Part shown: piece by piece, positions 7,943 to 14,719 of the stretch
How positions within the stretch are numbered: the first letter of the stretch is position 1
Layout: each line of letters opens with the position of its first letter
DNA from: Delftia acidovorans NBRC 14950
Lineage (GTDB): Bacteria > Pseudomonadota > Gammaproteobacteria > Burkholderiales > Burkholderiaceae_C
NCBI RefSeq assembly: GCF_001598795.1
Contig: NZ_BCZP01000047.1
Coordinates: 1-17,775, forward strand
Length of the DNA stretch: 17,775 nucleotides
Reading direction: 5' to 3'
Program-made: the position numbers and the translations under genes
Notes under the pieces: model-generated
What the model was told of the DNA's origin: nothing
The model's database searches: none
The model's input: only the letters and a program-made list of their open reading frames with translations

Positions 7943-8266
7943 TCAGGCCTCACGCGCAGCTGTCGCAATACCCATTGCCTCTCCGGCTCCAGCGCCTATC
8001 AAGCCTCCAAGGGCGCCGCCAACAAAAATCCCTGCAGGGCCAGCAGCTACGGCGCCGACTCCCGCCCCCACCACTGCGCCAACCACCATGAAGCCGGCCA
8101 CCATGGTTGACTTTAATTCCCGGACTGACTCCTCTTTGGTCATCCGAATCTGTGCCAAGGGATCAGGATCTTGCGAGGGCACACCATGCCCCTGAACAGC
8201 TTGCTCAGCAAGATCCGGGTCAACAGGCCGCCCCAGCAGGTACTTAAGCGAAATAGATGAAGTCAT
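7943..8266 (-). CDS. Small membrane protein with a C-terminal glycine-zipper 2-TM region (107 aa)
   Basis: ORF 7943..8311 trimmed to the ATG at 8264-8266, preceded by GAGGAG. The C-terminus is MVAGFMVVGAVVGAGVGAVAAGPAGIFVGGALGGLIGAGAGEAMGIATAA, made of GxxxG/AxxxG repeats. Confidence 0.65.
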   Translation of the reverse strand: MTSSISLKYLLGRPVDPDLAEQAVQGHGVPSQDPDPLAQIRMTKEESVRELKSTMVAGFMVVGAVVGAGVGAVAAGPAGIFVGGALGGLIGAGAGEAMGIATAAREA

Positions 8267-8418
8267 GGCGCTCTCCTCAGAGATGAGGAAGATAGAAGCA
8301 CCTCGCCTCACCTTCGTTGTACTCCCTGCTGCTCACTCGCACCTGTGGTCCAGTCAGCCGGCGCAGCGTAAGGGAAAGCGCTCTCCCTCCTTCGCACCAT
8401 TCATTCGCTCTGTACCCG

Positions 8419-8451
8419 GAAAAACAAAGCCCGCGGGCATTGCCAGCGGGC
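8419..8451 (-). terminator. Intrinsic terminator about 125 nt downstream of the Q-like gene (tR'-like)
   Basis: agcccgc (8427-8433) pairs with gcgggct (8445-8451). On the minus strand it is followed by TTGTTTTT. Confidence 0.7.
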
Positions 8452-8569
8452 TAGTGATCTTTAGGCGCGTGTTTCCCCATCGCTTCAATGTCTTGCCAGA
8501 CTCACCGCCTGGGGACGTTTACCGGGGTGAGCGCGGGCGGGATCGTTTGCGCCTGCGCTCTAGGCACGC

Positions 8570-8597
8570 AGTATACATCACCCTTTCCCGGCTGCAA
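8570..8597 (-). promoter_or_regulatory. Candidate late promoter (PR'-like) overlapping the 3' end of the Q-like gene
   Basis: The minus strand reads TTGCAG (8592-8597), a 16-nt spacer, then TATACT (8570-8575). The -35 matches the consensus at only 3 of 6 positions. Confidence 0.35.
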
Positions 8598-9234
8598 CCA
8601 CCTTCAGGCCCTTCATCCGCCTGAGCGCGGCGATGGTGCCCGAGCGGGCGCGGTCCACATGTTCAGCGATGTGCTCGGAGATCAGCAGGCCCTCTGCTTC
8701 GTGTGGCACTTCGCGGGTGCCGAAGCCCTTGCAGGTCTCGCAGATCGCCATCTCGCCCAGCTTGACCCCGCCACAGCCTGGGCACTTGCGGTCGCACCAC
8801 CACAGCAGCACGTCGGTCAGCTTGGCACGGGCGTCCTTGATGCCCTGCGCCCGCACCCAGGGCAGAAAGCCGGCGTGCGCATCCGTCAGGCGGGTGAAAT
8901 GCGGCAGGCCGCGCAGGATCTCCATGCGGCGCTCCATGTGCCAACGGCCCTCGGCCACGCGGGCGCCCACCATGTCGAGTCGGCCCCTGCTCTTTCGCGG
9001 AAGCTGCTCGGCCACGCGCTGCAGCTGCTCATCGGTCAATGGGCGCGGCTTCTCGCGGCGGTCCCATTCGCAGATCAGTTGCTGGACCAGCCGGCCCAGG
9101 CCTGCACGCTGGATGCCAGCGGCGATTAGGTAGTCGGCGTCGCCGCGCTTCTCGATATTGACGGAGAGGTCGCCGCTCTTGCTCGCGCTGGTCAAGCGCT
9201 CTTCGATGGTGGCGCGCGTTGGTGCTTCGATCAT
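8578..9234 (-). CDS. Lambda-Q-like late-gene antiterminator candidate (CxxCxGxG zinc-finger protein)
   Basis: 218 aa. KCPGCGGV and ICETCKGFG are two CxxCxGxG repeats, as in lambda Q (CRDCHGTG and CGRCKGVG). It is the last gene of the early-right operon and is followed by a promoter-plus-terminator pair. Confidence 0.55.
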   Translation of the reverse strand: MIEAPTRATIEERLTSASKSGDLSVNIEKRGDADYLIAAGIQRAGLGRLVQQLICEWDRREKPRPLTDEQLQRVAEQLPRKSRGRLDMVGARVAEGRWHMERRMEILRGLPHFTRLTDAHAGFLPWVRAQGIKDARAKLTDVLLWWCDRKCPGCGGVKLGEMAICETCKGFGTREVPHEAEGLLISEHIAEHVDRARSGTIAALRRMKGLKVVAAGKG

Positions 9235-9250
9235 TGGTTGCTCACTTTCT

Positions 9251-9511
9251 TCAGTTGCCCATCAAGCGCTGCACGGTCACATTCAGCGCGTCCATTTCGT
9301 CCATCTTTCGGATTGCCCAGGAGCGGCGCTGTCCGTGCAGACCCAGCAGCGGGCCACGGTGGCAGCTCTCGCACAGCGCAATGCACACGTACTGGCGGTG
9401 CTGCTTGACGTGGTGCGCCTCGCTCGGACCTGGGGCATCGCACACACTGCAGGGCAGCTCCTTCACTGCGGCCAGGTGCTCGCGCTCGCGGTCGTTGAGC
9501 CTGTTCAGCAT
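9251..9511 (-). CDS. Ref-family (RecA-dependent) HNH-like nuclease
   Basis: ORF 9251..9574 trimmed to the ATG at 9509-9511, preceded by GGAGGTG. REREHLAAVKELPCSVCDAPGPSEAHHV...ALCESCHRGPLLGLHG matches the pattern of short prophage Ref proteins. Confidence 0.6.
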   Translation of the reverse strand: MLNRLNDREREHLAAVKELPCSVCDAPGPSEAHHVKQHRQYVCIALCESCHRGPLLGLHGQRRSWAIRKMDEMDALNVTVQRLMGN

Positions 9512-9846
9512 GGGGACACCTCCACGATCACGCGACCGCCCGGGGTGTCGCCGCGCGCAATGCCCAAGCTCCAATGCTTGTCATCCACGCCCAGCACGTC
9601 CGCCAGCCCGTCCAGGCCGGCTTTCATGCGCGCGAGAGCGTTGTCGAGGTCGTAGGCGCGGCGAGTCGGCGCGTGGAACGTCAGCGCCAGGTGCAGCTTC
9701 TGTACCGGAATGCGGCGCACGCCCTGCTGCACGGCGGCGTATGCGCAGGCGTGGCGGTAGTTCTTCTTGGCCTTGGCCAGGCTCGCCCAGTGCAGACGGG
9801 CGTTCGGGCTCAGCTCCTTCGGGGGCCATGGGAGTTCGAACTTCAC
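9505..9846 (-). CDS. rusA: RusA-family Holliday junction resolvase
   Basis: It begins (GTG)KFELPWPPKELSPNARLHW and contains AYDLDNALARMKAGLDGL. A GTGA overlap joins it to the upstream gene. Confidence 0.85.
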   Translation of the reverse strand: MKFELPWPPKELSPNARLHWASLAKAKKNYRHACAYAAVQQGVRRIPVQKLHLALTFHAPTRRAYDLDNALARMKAGLDGLADVLGVDDKHWSLGIARGDTPGGRVIVEVSPC

Positions 9847-10109
9847 GATGCGGCCACTCCCTTGCCGGCCTGCACCATGTCGCCCAGCTCGTCGGAGGCC
9901 TTGACCCCGTACTGCAGTTCCAGCGCCAGCTGCGCGTAGTGGATGACCTTCTGCAGGTCCTGGGCGCCGCCCTTGGACTTGTGCCGGGTCACGTACTTCA
10001 CGATGTTCCCCTGGAAGAAATCGAGGTCGTTCGCGTGGATGTACTGGATCGGCTGGATGGCGCAGCCCTTGTAGTGGTCGCCGCCTGCTTGCGTGTCGAG
10101 CGCGCTCAT
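9843..10109 (-). CDS. DUF3310-family phage protein
   Basis: QAGGDHYKGCAIQPIQYIHANDLDFFQGNIVKYVTRHKSKGGAQDLQKVIHYAQL matches the DUF3310 signature. Confidence 0.75.
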   Translation of the reverse strand: MSALDTQAGGDHYKGCAIQPIQYIHANDLDFFQGNIVKYVTRHKSKGGAQDLQKVIHYAQLALELQYGVKASDELGDMVQAGKGVAAS

Positions 10110-10405
10110 GCTGTCACCGCCTTCGCTTGGCCGAGAGAGCGCAGGATCGCGTCGCGGACCACGCCATACACAGCCGCACGGCGCCTGCTACTGCCTTGAG
10201 CGCCGTAGAGCACGACATTTGTTGGCCGGTCGAGCTGCACCACCCACTTTGGCTCTTCGTGACCTGCTCCAATGGCGCGCTGCCCATCAGGGAGATAGAA
10301 GCCTTCAACTGGTGCGCGATACAGCACCGTCAACGTGTGCCCATCGCCAGAAGTTCCAGAGTTTTCGACTACGGCGCGGTCGCCTGGATTGCAGTTCAAC
10401 TTCAT
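10106..10405 (-). CDS. Hypothetical protein (99 aa)
   Basis: ORF 10106..10477 trimmed to the ATG at 10403-10405, which forms an ATGA overlap with the dnaB stop. Its stop forms an ATGA overlap with the next gene. Confidence 0.6.
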   Translation of the reverse strand: MKLNCNPGDRAVVENSGTSGDGHTLTVLYRAPVEGFYLPDGQRAIGAGHEEPKWVVQLDRPTNVVLYGAQGSSRRRAAVYGVVRDAILRSLGQAKAVTA

Positions 10406-11814
10406 TCCATCCCCCTGCTTCGGGCAGCGCCAGCGGGCGCAGCGATTGGACTCAGGGTCGGCACATCGCCACCCCACGATTCAAAAGTGGTGGTCTCGCC
10501 CCGGTAGTACAGGTGCATGTCACCGGTGCGGCCTTGGCGATTCTTGGCGATGCGCAACATGGCGTAGTTGGTCCACTTGGGATCCAGCTGCAGGTTGGCC
10601 ATGATCGGGCGGTGGATGAACGCCACCACGTCGGCGTCCTGCTCTATGGCCCCCGAGTCGCGAAGCTCATGCAGGCCCGGGGGCTGCATGGCCTTCTCGG
10701 CCGCGCAGCGGTTCACCTGGGCCAGGCAGACCACAGCGATATCCAGCTCCTTGGCCAGGGCCTTGAGGCCTCGGCTGATCTCTTCGATCTGGTAGGCGCG
10801 CGACTGCTTCTTGTCCACTCCCTCCATCAGCCCGATGTAGTCCACGATCAGCACGTCGAGCTTCTTGGTGCGCTTGAGCTTGCGGGCCATGCTACGGACC
10901 TGCTGGATGTTCAGCCCGCTGCGGTCGCTCACGAACCAGCGCAGGTTGCGCGACATCTCCACGGCGTCCACGATGCGGCTGTAGTCGAGCGTCTCGCCAC
11001 TAGCGTTGGGCTTGTTGGGGCGCTTGATTGCGCTGATGGCGATGCGGCCCAGGATCGCCGCCTGGCGGTCGCGCACATCGTTGTGCGGCATCTCCATGGA
11101 CAGCATGCCAACGCACTGCTGCGAGGCCATCGACAGGCCCACAGTCATGGCAAACGCTGTCTTGCCCATGGAGGGGCGCGCGCCGATCACGATCAGGTTT
11201 CCACGAACCAGGCCGCCGTCGAGCATCTCATCGAAGCCATAGAGGCCGGTGGGCATGCCCGAGACCTTGCCCTCTTGGCGAGCCTCCAGCAGCTCGGTGT
11301 GAGCCATGGCTGCGGTGTAGGCATCCACCCAGTCATCCTCGCCGCCCTGCACTTCCAGCGCCTGGATGGCGGTCTGCGCCTGGTCGATGCGGTCAGACAC
11401 CGGGCCGTCACCATGGGCCAGCTCGGAAATCTTGAAGCCCACGGCACGCAGCTGGCGAGACTTGTGCAGGTCCACCAGGGTGTCCACATGGCGATGGATA
11501 CCCCTGGCGCTGAAATCGTTGCTCGACAGCACGCCATGTACGTAGCCAGAGTCCATCTCGTCCGCAAGCGCCAGCACCACCGACACCACGTCCATGCCGC
11601 GACGGGCCAGGATCTGCTGCTGAAGCACCTGGAAAATCCTGCGATGCTCATCGCCCGCGAAGCAATCGGCGGTCAGCCGGTCGCAGATCTCGTCGTAAAC
11701 GTCAGGGAAGTTCGCCAGCACTGACAGCACGGCTTGCTCAGTGCCATCGGACGACAGCACAGGCGCGGCCTGCGCCTCTGGGAAATCCTCGAAGGGAGCC
11801 TCGAAGCCGTTCAT
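10402..11814 (-). CDS. dnaB: Replicative DNA helicase, DnaB family
   Basis: 470 aa. Walker A is GARPSMGKTAFAM and Walker B is LDVLIVDYIGLM, and a DnaB-type N-terminal domain is present. An ATGA overlap joins it to the initiator gene. Confidence 0.92.
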   Translation of the reverse strand: MNGFEAPFEDFPEAQAAPVLSSDGTEQAVLSVLANFPDVYDEICDRLTADCFAGDEHRRIFQVLQQQILARRGMDVVSVVLALADEMDSGYVHGVLSSNDFSARGIHRHVDTLVDLHKSRQLRAVGFKISELAHGDGPVSDRIDQAQTAIQALEVQGGEDDWVDAYTAAMAHTELLEARQEGKVSGMPTGLYGFDEMLDGGLVRGNLIVIGARPSMGKTAFAMTVGLSMASQQCVGMLSMEMPHNDVRDRQAAILGRIAISAIKRPNKPNASGETLDYSRIVDAVEMSRNLRWFVSDRSGLNIQQVRSMARKLKRTKKLDVLIVDYIGLMEGVDKKQSRAYQIEEISRGLKALAKELDIAVVCLAQVNRCAAEKAMQPPGLHELRDSGAIEQDADVVAFIHRPIMANLQLDPKWTNYAMLRIAKNRQGRTGDMHLYYRGETTTFESWGGDVPTLSPIAAPAGAARSRGME

Positions 11815-12659
11815 GCCACCTCCCGCTGGTAGTTGCCCTGCAGGACCTTCGAGAAGTTGTCGGACTTCACCAGCCAGCCGAGGTCAGCCGTCCAGCTGCG
11901 GTCGTTGGCGCCGGTCAGGTGTGGGCACTTCTCGGCGACGTAGGCAAAGAACCGGCCGAACCACTCCAGCGCCGACGCCCTGTCCGTCGCGTAGGGCTGA
12001 CCAGCATGCTCGCCCTTGGTCTTCTTCGCTGTCAGCACCCAGACCCAGCGGGCACGCAGGCTCTTGGCCCGCTGGCCGTCCCACAGCTCCGCCTTTGGCT
12101 GAGGCAGCGCAGGCAGGTGCATGGCAAAAAGTTTGATGATCTCGCCGTGCGGGCAGTCGGGCAGCTCGCTGGCCGACAAAGAAGCGTTAGCTTCTTCTTT
12201 ATCTGTATCTGTATCTGTATCTGTACGCGTGACATTCGTACCTGTCACGCGTGACGCATCCGTGCCTTCTTCGTGACCTTGCGTGACATCGTTGCCTGGC
12301 GCGGCTTTCTCGGCCTTTTGGCGTTCGCGCTGGCGTTGCTTGCGCACGGCTGCCGTGGTGTCCACGTCACTCTGCATTTGCAGCACCGCCCACTTCACGG
12401 GCTGCAGCGTTTCCTGCTCGATCAGGCCCACTTCGGCCAGGCGGCGGGCCACCTCTTCCAGGCTGCGCACGTCCAAGCCCAGCTTCACGGCAACCTTGCG
12501 CATCAGCAGGCTCGGGGTGTCGGCCTTGTCCAGCAGGCCCTCGCCTTTCAGGCACAGCAGCGCCACGAAGTGCCACCGATCCTCGAAGGCCAGCAGCTTG
12601 AGCTTGTCGTCATCGACCATCCGCGTGTACAGGCGGAGCCATGGAAGTCGCTTGCTCAT
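11811..12659 (-). CDS. Replication initiator (lambda-O-like role): N-terminal winged-helix-like domain, low-complexity linker, C-terminal domain
   Basis: 282 aa, located immediately upstream of dnaB. The linker reads DVTQGHEEGTDASRVTGTNVTRTDTDTDTD and is encoded by repeat DNA. The exact family was not recognised. Confidence 0.7.
   Translation of the reverse strand: MSKRLPWLRLYTRMVDDDKLKLLAFEDRWHFVALLCLKGEGLLDKADTPSLLMRKVAVKLGLDVRSLEEVARRLAEVGLIEQETLQPVKWAVLQMQSDVDTTAAVRKQRQRERQKAEKAAPGNDVTQGHEEGTDASRVTGTNVTRTDTDTDTDKEEANASLSASELPDCPHGEIIKLFAMHLPALPQPKAELWDGQRAKSLRARWVWVLTAKKTKGEHAGQPYATDRASALEWFGRFFAYVAEKCPHLTGANDRSWTADLGWLVKSDNFSKVLQGNYQREVA
12201..12224. repeat. Hexanucleotide microsatellite (ATCTGT)x4 inside the initiator gene
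   Basis: Read directly as atctgt atctgt atctgt atctgt. It encodes the TDTDTDTD linker on the minus strand. Confidence 0.95.
12225..12289. repeat. CGTGAC iteron-like cluster (candidate ori) inside the initiator gene
   Basis: ACGCGTGAC occurs at 12225-12233 and 12247-12255. GCGTGACAT occurs at 12227-12235 and 12281-12289. TCGTGAC occurs at 12271-12277. A 12-bp palindrome GTCACGCGTGAC lies at 12244-12255. Confidence 0.5.
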
Positions 12660-13120
12660 TGCGAACCCCCACGGATGGATTGCAGGAATTCGCCTGCGGC
12701 CTTCATCAGCGCCAGCACGAACGGCTCCATGGTGCGGCGGTCCTCGGCGCAGAAATGGCCATCCGCCGCCGCAGCAGAGGTCACGGTGACGGTCTTGCCC
12801 GCCTTGCCGGCCAAGGCCAGGAACAGGCGCATGGCGTCCGCAGGGTCGCGGGGCTCCAGCTCGAAGTCCATGGGCACCTGGCCGACGAGATGCGACAGGG
12901 CAAACACCGTGCGCTTGGCCTGGGCCAGCACGATGATCTCCAGAACGGCGCTCATGGACGGTGGTGCGGATTCGTGGTCGGGGTTGATCCCGTTGGCCAG
13001 CGTGTTGCCGTTCATGTCCAGATGCTTGGCAATGGCACTGATGCCGCCAGGGAACTCCTTGGCGTCTGCCTGCAGCGCCAGGAACAGCGCGCGGTGGGTT
13101 TGCTTGATGGGTCTACGCAT
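12656..13120 (-). CDS. Phage regulatory protein, 186-CII (CP76)-like
   Basis: ORF 12656..13468 trimmed to the ATG at 13118-13120. ISAIAKHLDMNGNTLANGINPDHESAPPSMSAVLEII parallels 186 CII (AERAGMNVQTLRNKLNPEQPHQFTPPEL). An ATGA overlap joins it to the initiator gene. Confidence 0.6.
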   Translation of the reverse strand: MRRPIKQTHRALFLALQADAKEFPGGISAIAKHLDMNGNTLANGINPDHESAPPSMSAVLEIIVLAQAKRTVFALSHLVGQVPMDFELEPRDPADAMRLFLALAGKAGKTVTVTSAAAADGHFCAEDRRTMEPFVLALMKAAGEFLQSIRGGSQ

Positions 13121-13270
13121 AGCGAATGCCTCGTGAGATTCGCCTACCGCTGGCAGGCTGGGGAAACGAAACTCGCTGCATGAAAACCAAAACAACGAGT
13201 GAGAGAGGTGCCCGCCACACCCTGGGCTATGCTGGAAGCTCCTACACAACCAGCGCCAAGGAGGGCGGAC

Positions 13271-13486
13271 ATGAAAATCGACAAGGAACTGATCGGGCCA
13301 GCAGCCACACTGGCCGCCGCGATCCTCTCGAAGGTCGAGCGACAGCATTCGGAGTTCGATCGGGACGTCATCGCCAGCGCGTTCGAAGAGGCGTACTTCA
13401 CGCTGCTGGAGGGCATCCAGCGGGTCGAGAAGGAGCTGGCTCGGACAGAAAAGCCAACCGAGTACCAAGTGCTCTTCCCGAAGTAG
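13271..13486 (+). CDS. Small hypothetical protein (71 aa), oriented opposite to the early-right operon
   Basis: ORF 13199..13486 trimmed to the ATG at 13271, preceded by AAGGAGG. Third-position G/C is high. It begins MKIDKELIGPAATLAAAILSKVERQHSEF. Confidence 0.6.
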   Translation: MKIDKELIGPAATLAAAILSKVERQHSEFDRDVIASAFEEAYFTLLEGIQRVEKELARTEKPTEYQVLFPK

Positions 13487-13625
13487 GCTGCTCAGCTTCC
13501 AGCCGATCCCGTATGCCCCGCTTCATGCGGGCGTACAGGCTGGAAGCACGGAACCGGCGCCTGTCGCGCAGGCGCTGCACGGACTCAGGAATGGGGCCGC
13601 CAAAGCGGTATCGCTGCTCAGCCAT
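13398..13625 (-). CDS. Small Arg-rich hypothetical protein coupled to the cro-like gene; the 3' end overlaps the convergent gene
   Basis: The ATG at 13623-13625 is preceded by AGGAGG and overlaps the cro-like stop. It begins MAEQRYRFGGPIPESVQRLRDRRRFRASSLYARMKRGIRDR. G/C bias at third positions is lost over the last ~30 codons, where it overlaps 13271..13486. Confidence 0.4.
   Translation of the reverse strand: MAEQRYRFGGPIPESVQRLRDRRRFRASSLYARMKRGIRDRLEAEQPTSGRALGTRLAFLSEPAPSRPAGCPPAA
13495..13547. other. Long imperfect hairpin (about 20 paired positions) between the cro-like and CII-like genes
   Basis: gcttccagcc (13495-13504) pairs with ggctggaagc (13538-13547). An inner stem pairs gtatgccccgc with gcgggcgtac around the loop ttcat. 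Confidence 0.6.
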
Positions 13626-13875
13626 GGGTGGCCTCCTGGATCTGGGGGGTGGTGGGTTGCGCCAGCTCGGGCAGAGGGGCGTCGCCGTACAGGTGATCGA
13701 ACGTCAGCACCAGCCCTAGCCCGCCTGCGTACTCGATGAGCCGCCGCGCACGCGGGGTGGGCATCATCTGCCCGTGCTCGTAGTAGCCAATGTTCCCCTG
13801 GGTGCAGCCGATGACTTGGCCGAGCGCCTGCTGGGTGAGGCCAAGACGCTTGCGAATGGGCTTGAGGTTCTTCAT
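13618..13875 (-). CDS. Cro-like XRE-family HTH protein
   Basis: It begins MKNLKPIRKRLGLTQQALGQVIGCTQGNIGYYEHG and is divergent from the CI-like gene. The ATG lies 7 nt after the -10 element, so the mRNA is probably leaderless. The track start at 13887 falls inside the -10. Confidence 0.8.
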   Translation of the reverse strand: MKNLKPIRKRLGLTQQALGQVIGCTQGNIGYYEHGQMMPTPRARRLIEYAGGLGLVLTFDHLYGDAPLPELAQPTTPQIQEATHG

Positions 13876-13882
13876 GCCCAAT

Positions 13883-13921
13883 ATCATAAGTCGGACTGAT
13901 AACTAATTCAACAGTCCGACT
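13883..13921 (-). promoter_or_regulatory. PR-like promoter with two 9-bp palindromic operators AGTC(C/G)GACT
   Basis: The minus strand reads TTGAAT (13906-13911), a 17-nt spacer, then TATGAT (13883-13888). The operators lie at 13889-13897 (in the spacer, touching the -10) and at 13913-13921 (1 nt upstream of the -35). Confidence 0.75.
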
Positions 13922-13958
13922 GTTTTGAATTCATGAGCCCTACTAATACCCTCAGTGA

Positions 13959-14480
13959 ATGCCCGCTTTGCCCCTGACCCTCGAACAAAAAGAAGACGCC
14001 GCGCGCCTGAAAAAACTCTTTCTGACCTGGAAGACGGACCGCAAAGCCCGGGGCGAGCCCGCGTCTCAAGACGCCTTCAGCGACCTGGTGGGCATCACTC
14101 AAAGCGCCGTCAGCCAGTACCTGAACGGCGCCATCCCACTGAACCCCGCTGCCGCGGCGAAGTTCAGCAAGGTGCTCGGCTGCCAGATCAGCGAGTTCAG
14201 CAGCACTGTTGCCAGCCTGGCCAGCGAAATCGGAGAGGCGGCAACTCCGATGGCGTCGAGTGATTCGCCTCCGCGCATGGACATCACAGAGCTGTCCCGA
14301 GCGGAGGCGCAGCTTGTACTGACGTTCCGCGAACTACCCGAATCAGCCCGGGATCAACTCGCGGCCTTCGCCGGCCAACTCCACAAGGAGTCGGGCACCA
14401 AAGCTCAGCGCGCGGCCACGGCGCCGAAGCCAGCAGCCGCGAAGCGTTCTCGCAGAGTGGCCGAGCCAGCCGACCACTAA
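13959..14480 (+). CDS. Lambda-CI-like repressor: N-terminal HTH domain and no S24 peptidase domain
   Basis: LKKLFLTWKTDRKARGEPASQDAFSDLVGITQSAVSQYLNGAIPLNPAAAAKFSKVLGCQISEFS parallels the lambda CI N-terminal domain. The C-terminal ~80 aa lack the Ala-Gly and Ser-Lys peptidase motifs. There is no SD sequence, and ACTAAT lies 11 nt before the ATG. Confidence 0.8.
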   Translation: MPALPLTLEQKEDAARLKKLFLTWKTDRKARGEPASQDAFSDLVGITQSAVSQYLNGAIPLNPAAAAKFSKVLGCQISEFSSTVASLASEIGEAATPMASSDSPPRMDITELSRAEAQLVLTFRELPESARDQLAAFAGQLHKESGTKAQRAATAPKPAAAKRSRRVAEPADH

Positions 14481-14719
14481 ATTACCGCTCGACCAGCGCC
14501 CAGTACGTGCGGAATTTCATCCCAGTTGAGAACCGGGACCAGCTGAGTAGATCGCCGCCTGACCAACGCGCCCAGCGCCACCAGGTCTTCGATCTCCTCC
14601 GGCGTCAGCTTTGGGGACAGCTTCGCCACCACCTCCGCATACACGTCGATCACGAAACGGGGCTTGGGAAGCGGCCCGTTGTGCTCCTTGATCATCTCGA
14701 TCAACTGCGCTGCATCCAT
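14477..14719 (-). CDS. Hypothetical protein (80 aa), second gene of the SOS-box operon
   Basis: The ATG at 14717-14719 is preceded by AAGGAGGA. G/C bias at third positions is strong in this frame. Its stop overlaps the CI-like stop codon (14477-14480). Confidence 0.65.
   Translation of the reverse strand: MDAAQLIEMIKEHNGPLPKPRFVIDVYAEVVAKLSPKLTPEEIEDLVALGALVRRRSTQLVPVLNWDEIPHVLGAGRAVI

Noticed and set aside
11858-11866. Extra operator-like sequence TGTCGGACT inside the initiator gene
   Set aside because: It is a single copy with one mismatch, it lies in coding sequence with no promoter context, and it is probably a chance match.
12201-12224. (ATCTGT)x4 considered as a phase-variation switch or CRISPR-like repeat
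   Set aside because: The unit length is a multiple of 3, so slippage cannot shift the frame. There are no spacers, and only four contiguous units are present.
9219-13183. Long plus-strand ORFs opposite the early-right operon: 9219..10199, 10093..11724, 11741..12136, 12273..13136 and 12641..13183
   Set aside because: The reasoning is the same: junk-like composition, antisense to DnaB, RusA, the initiator and the CII-like gene, and no start context.
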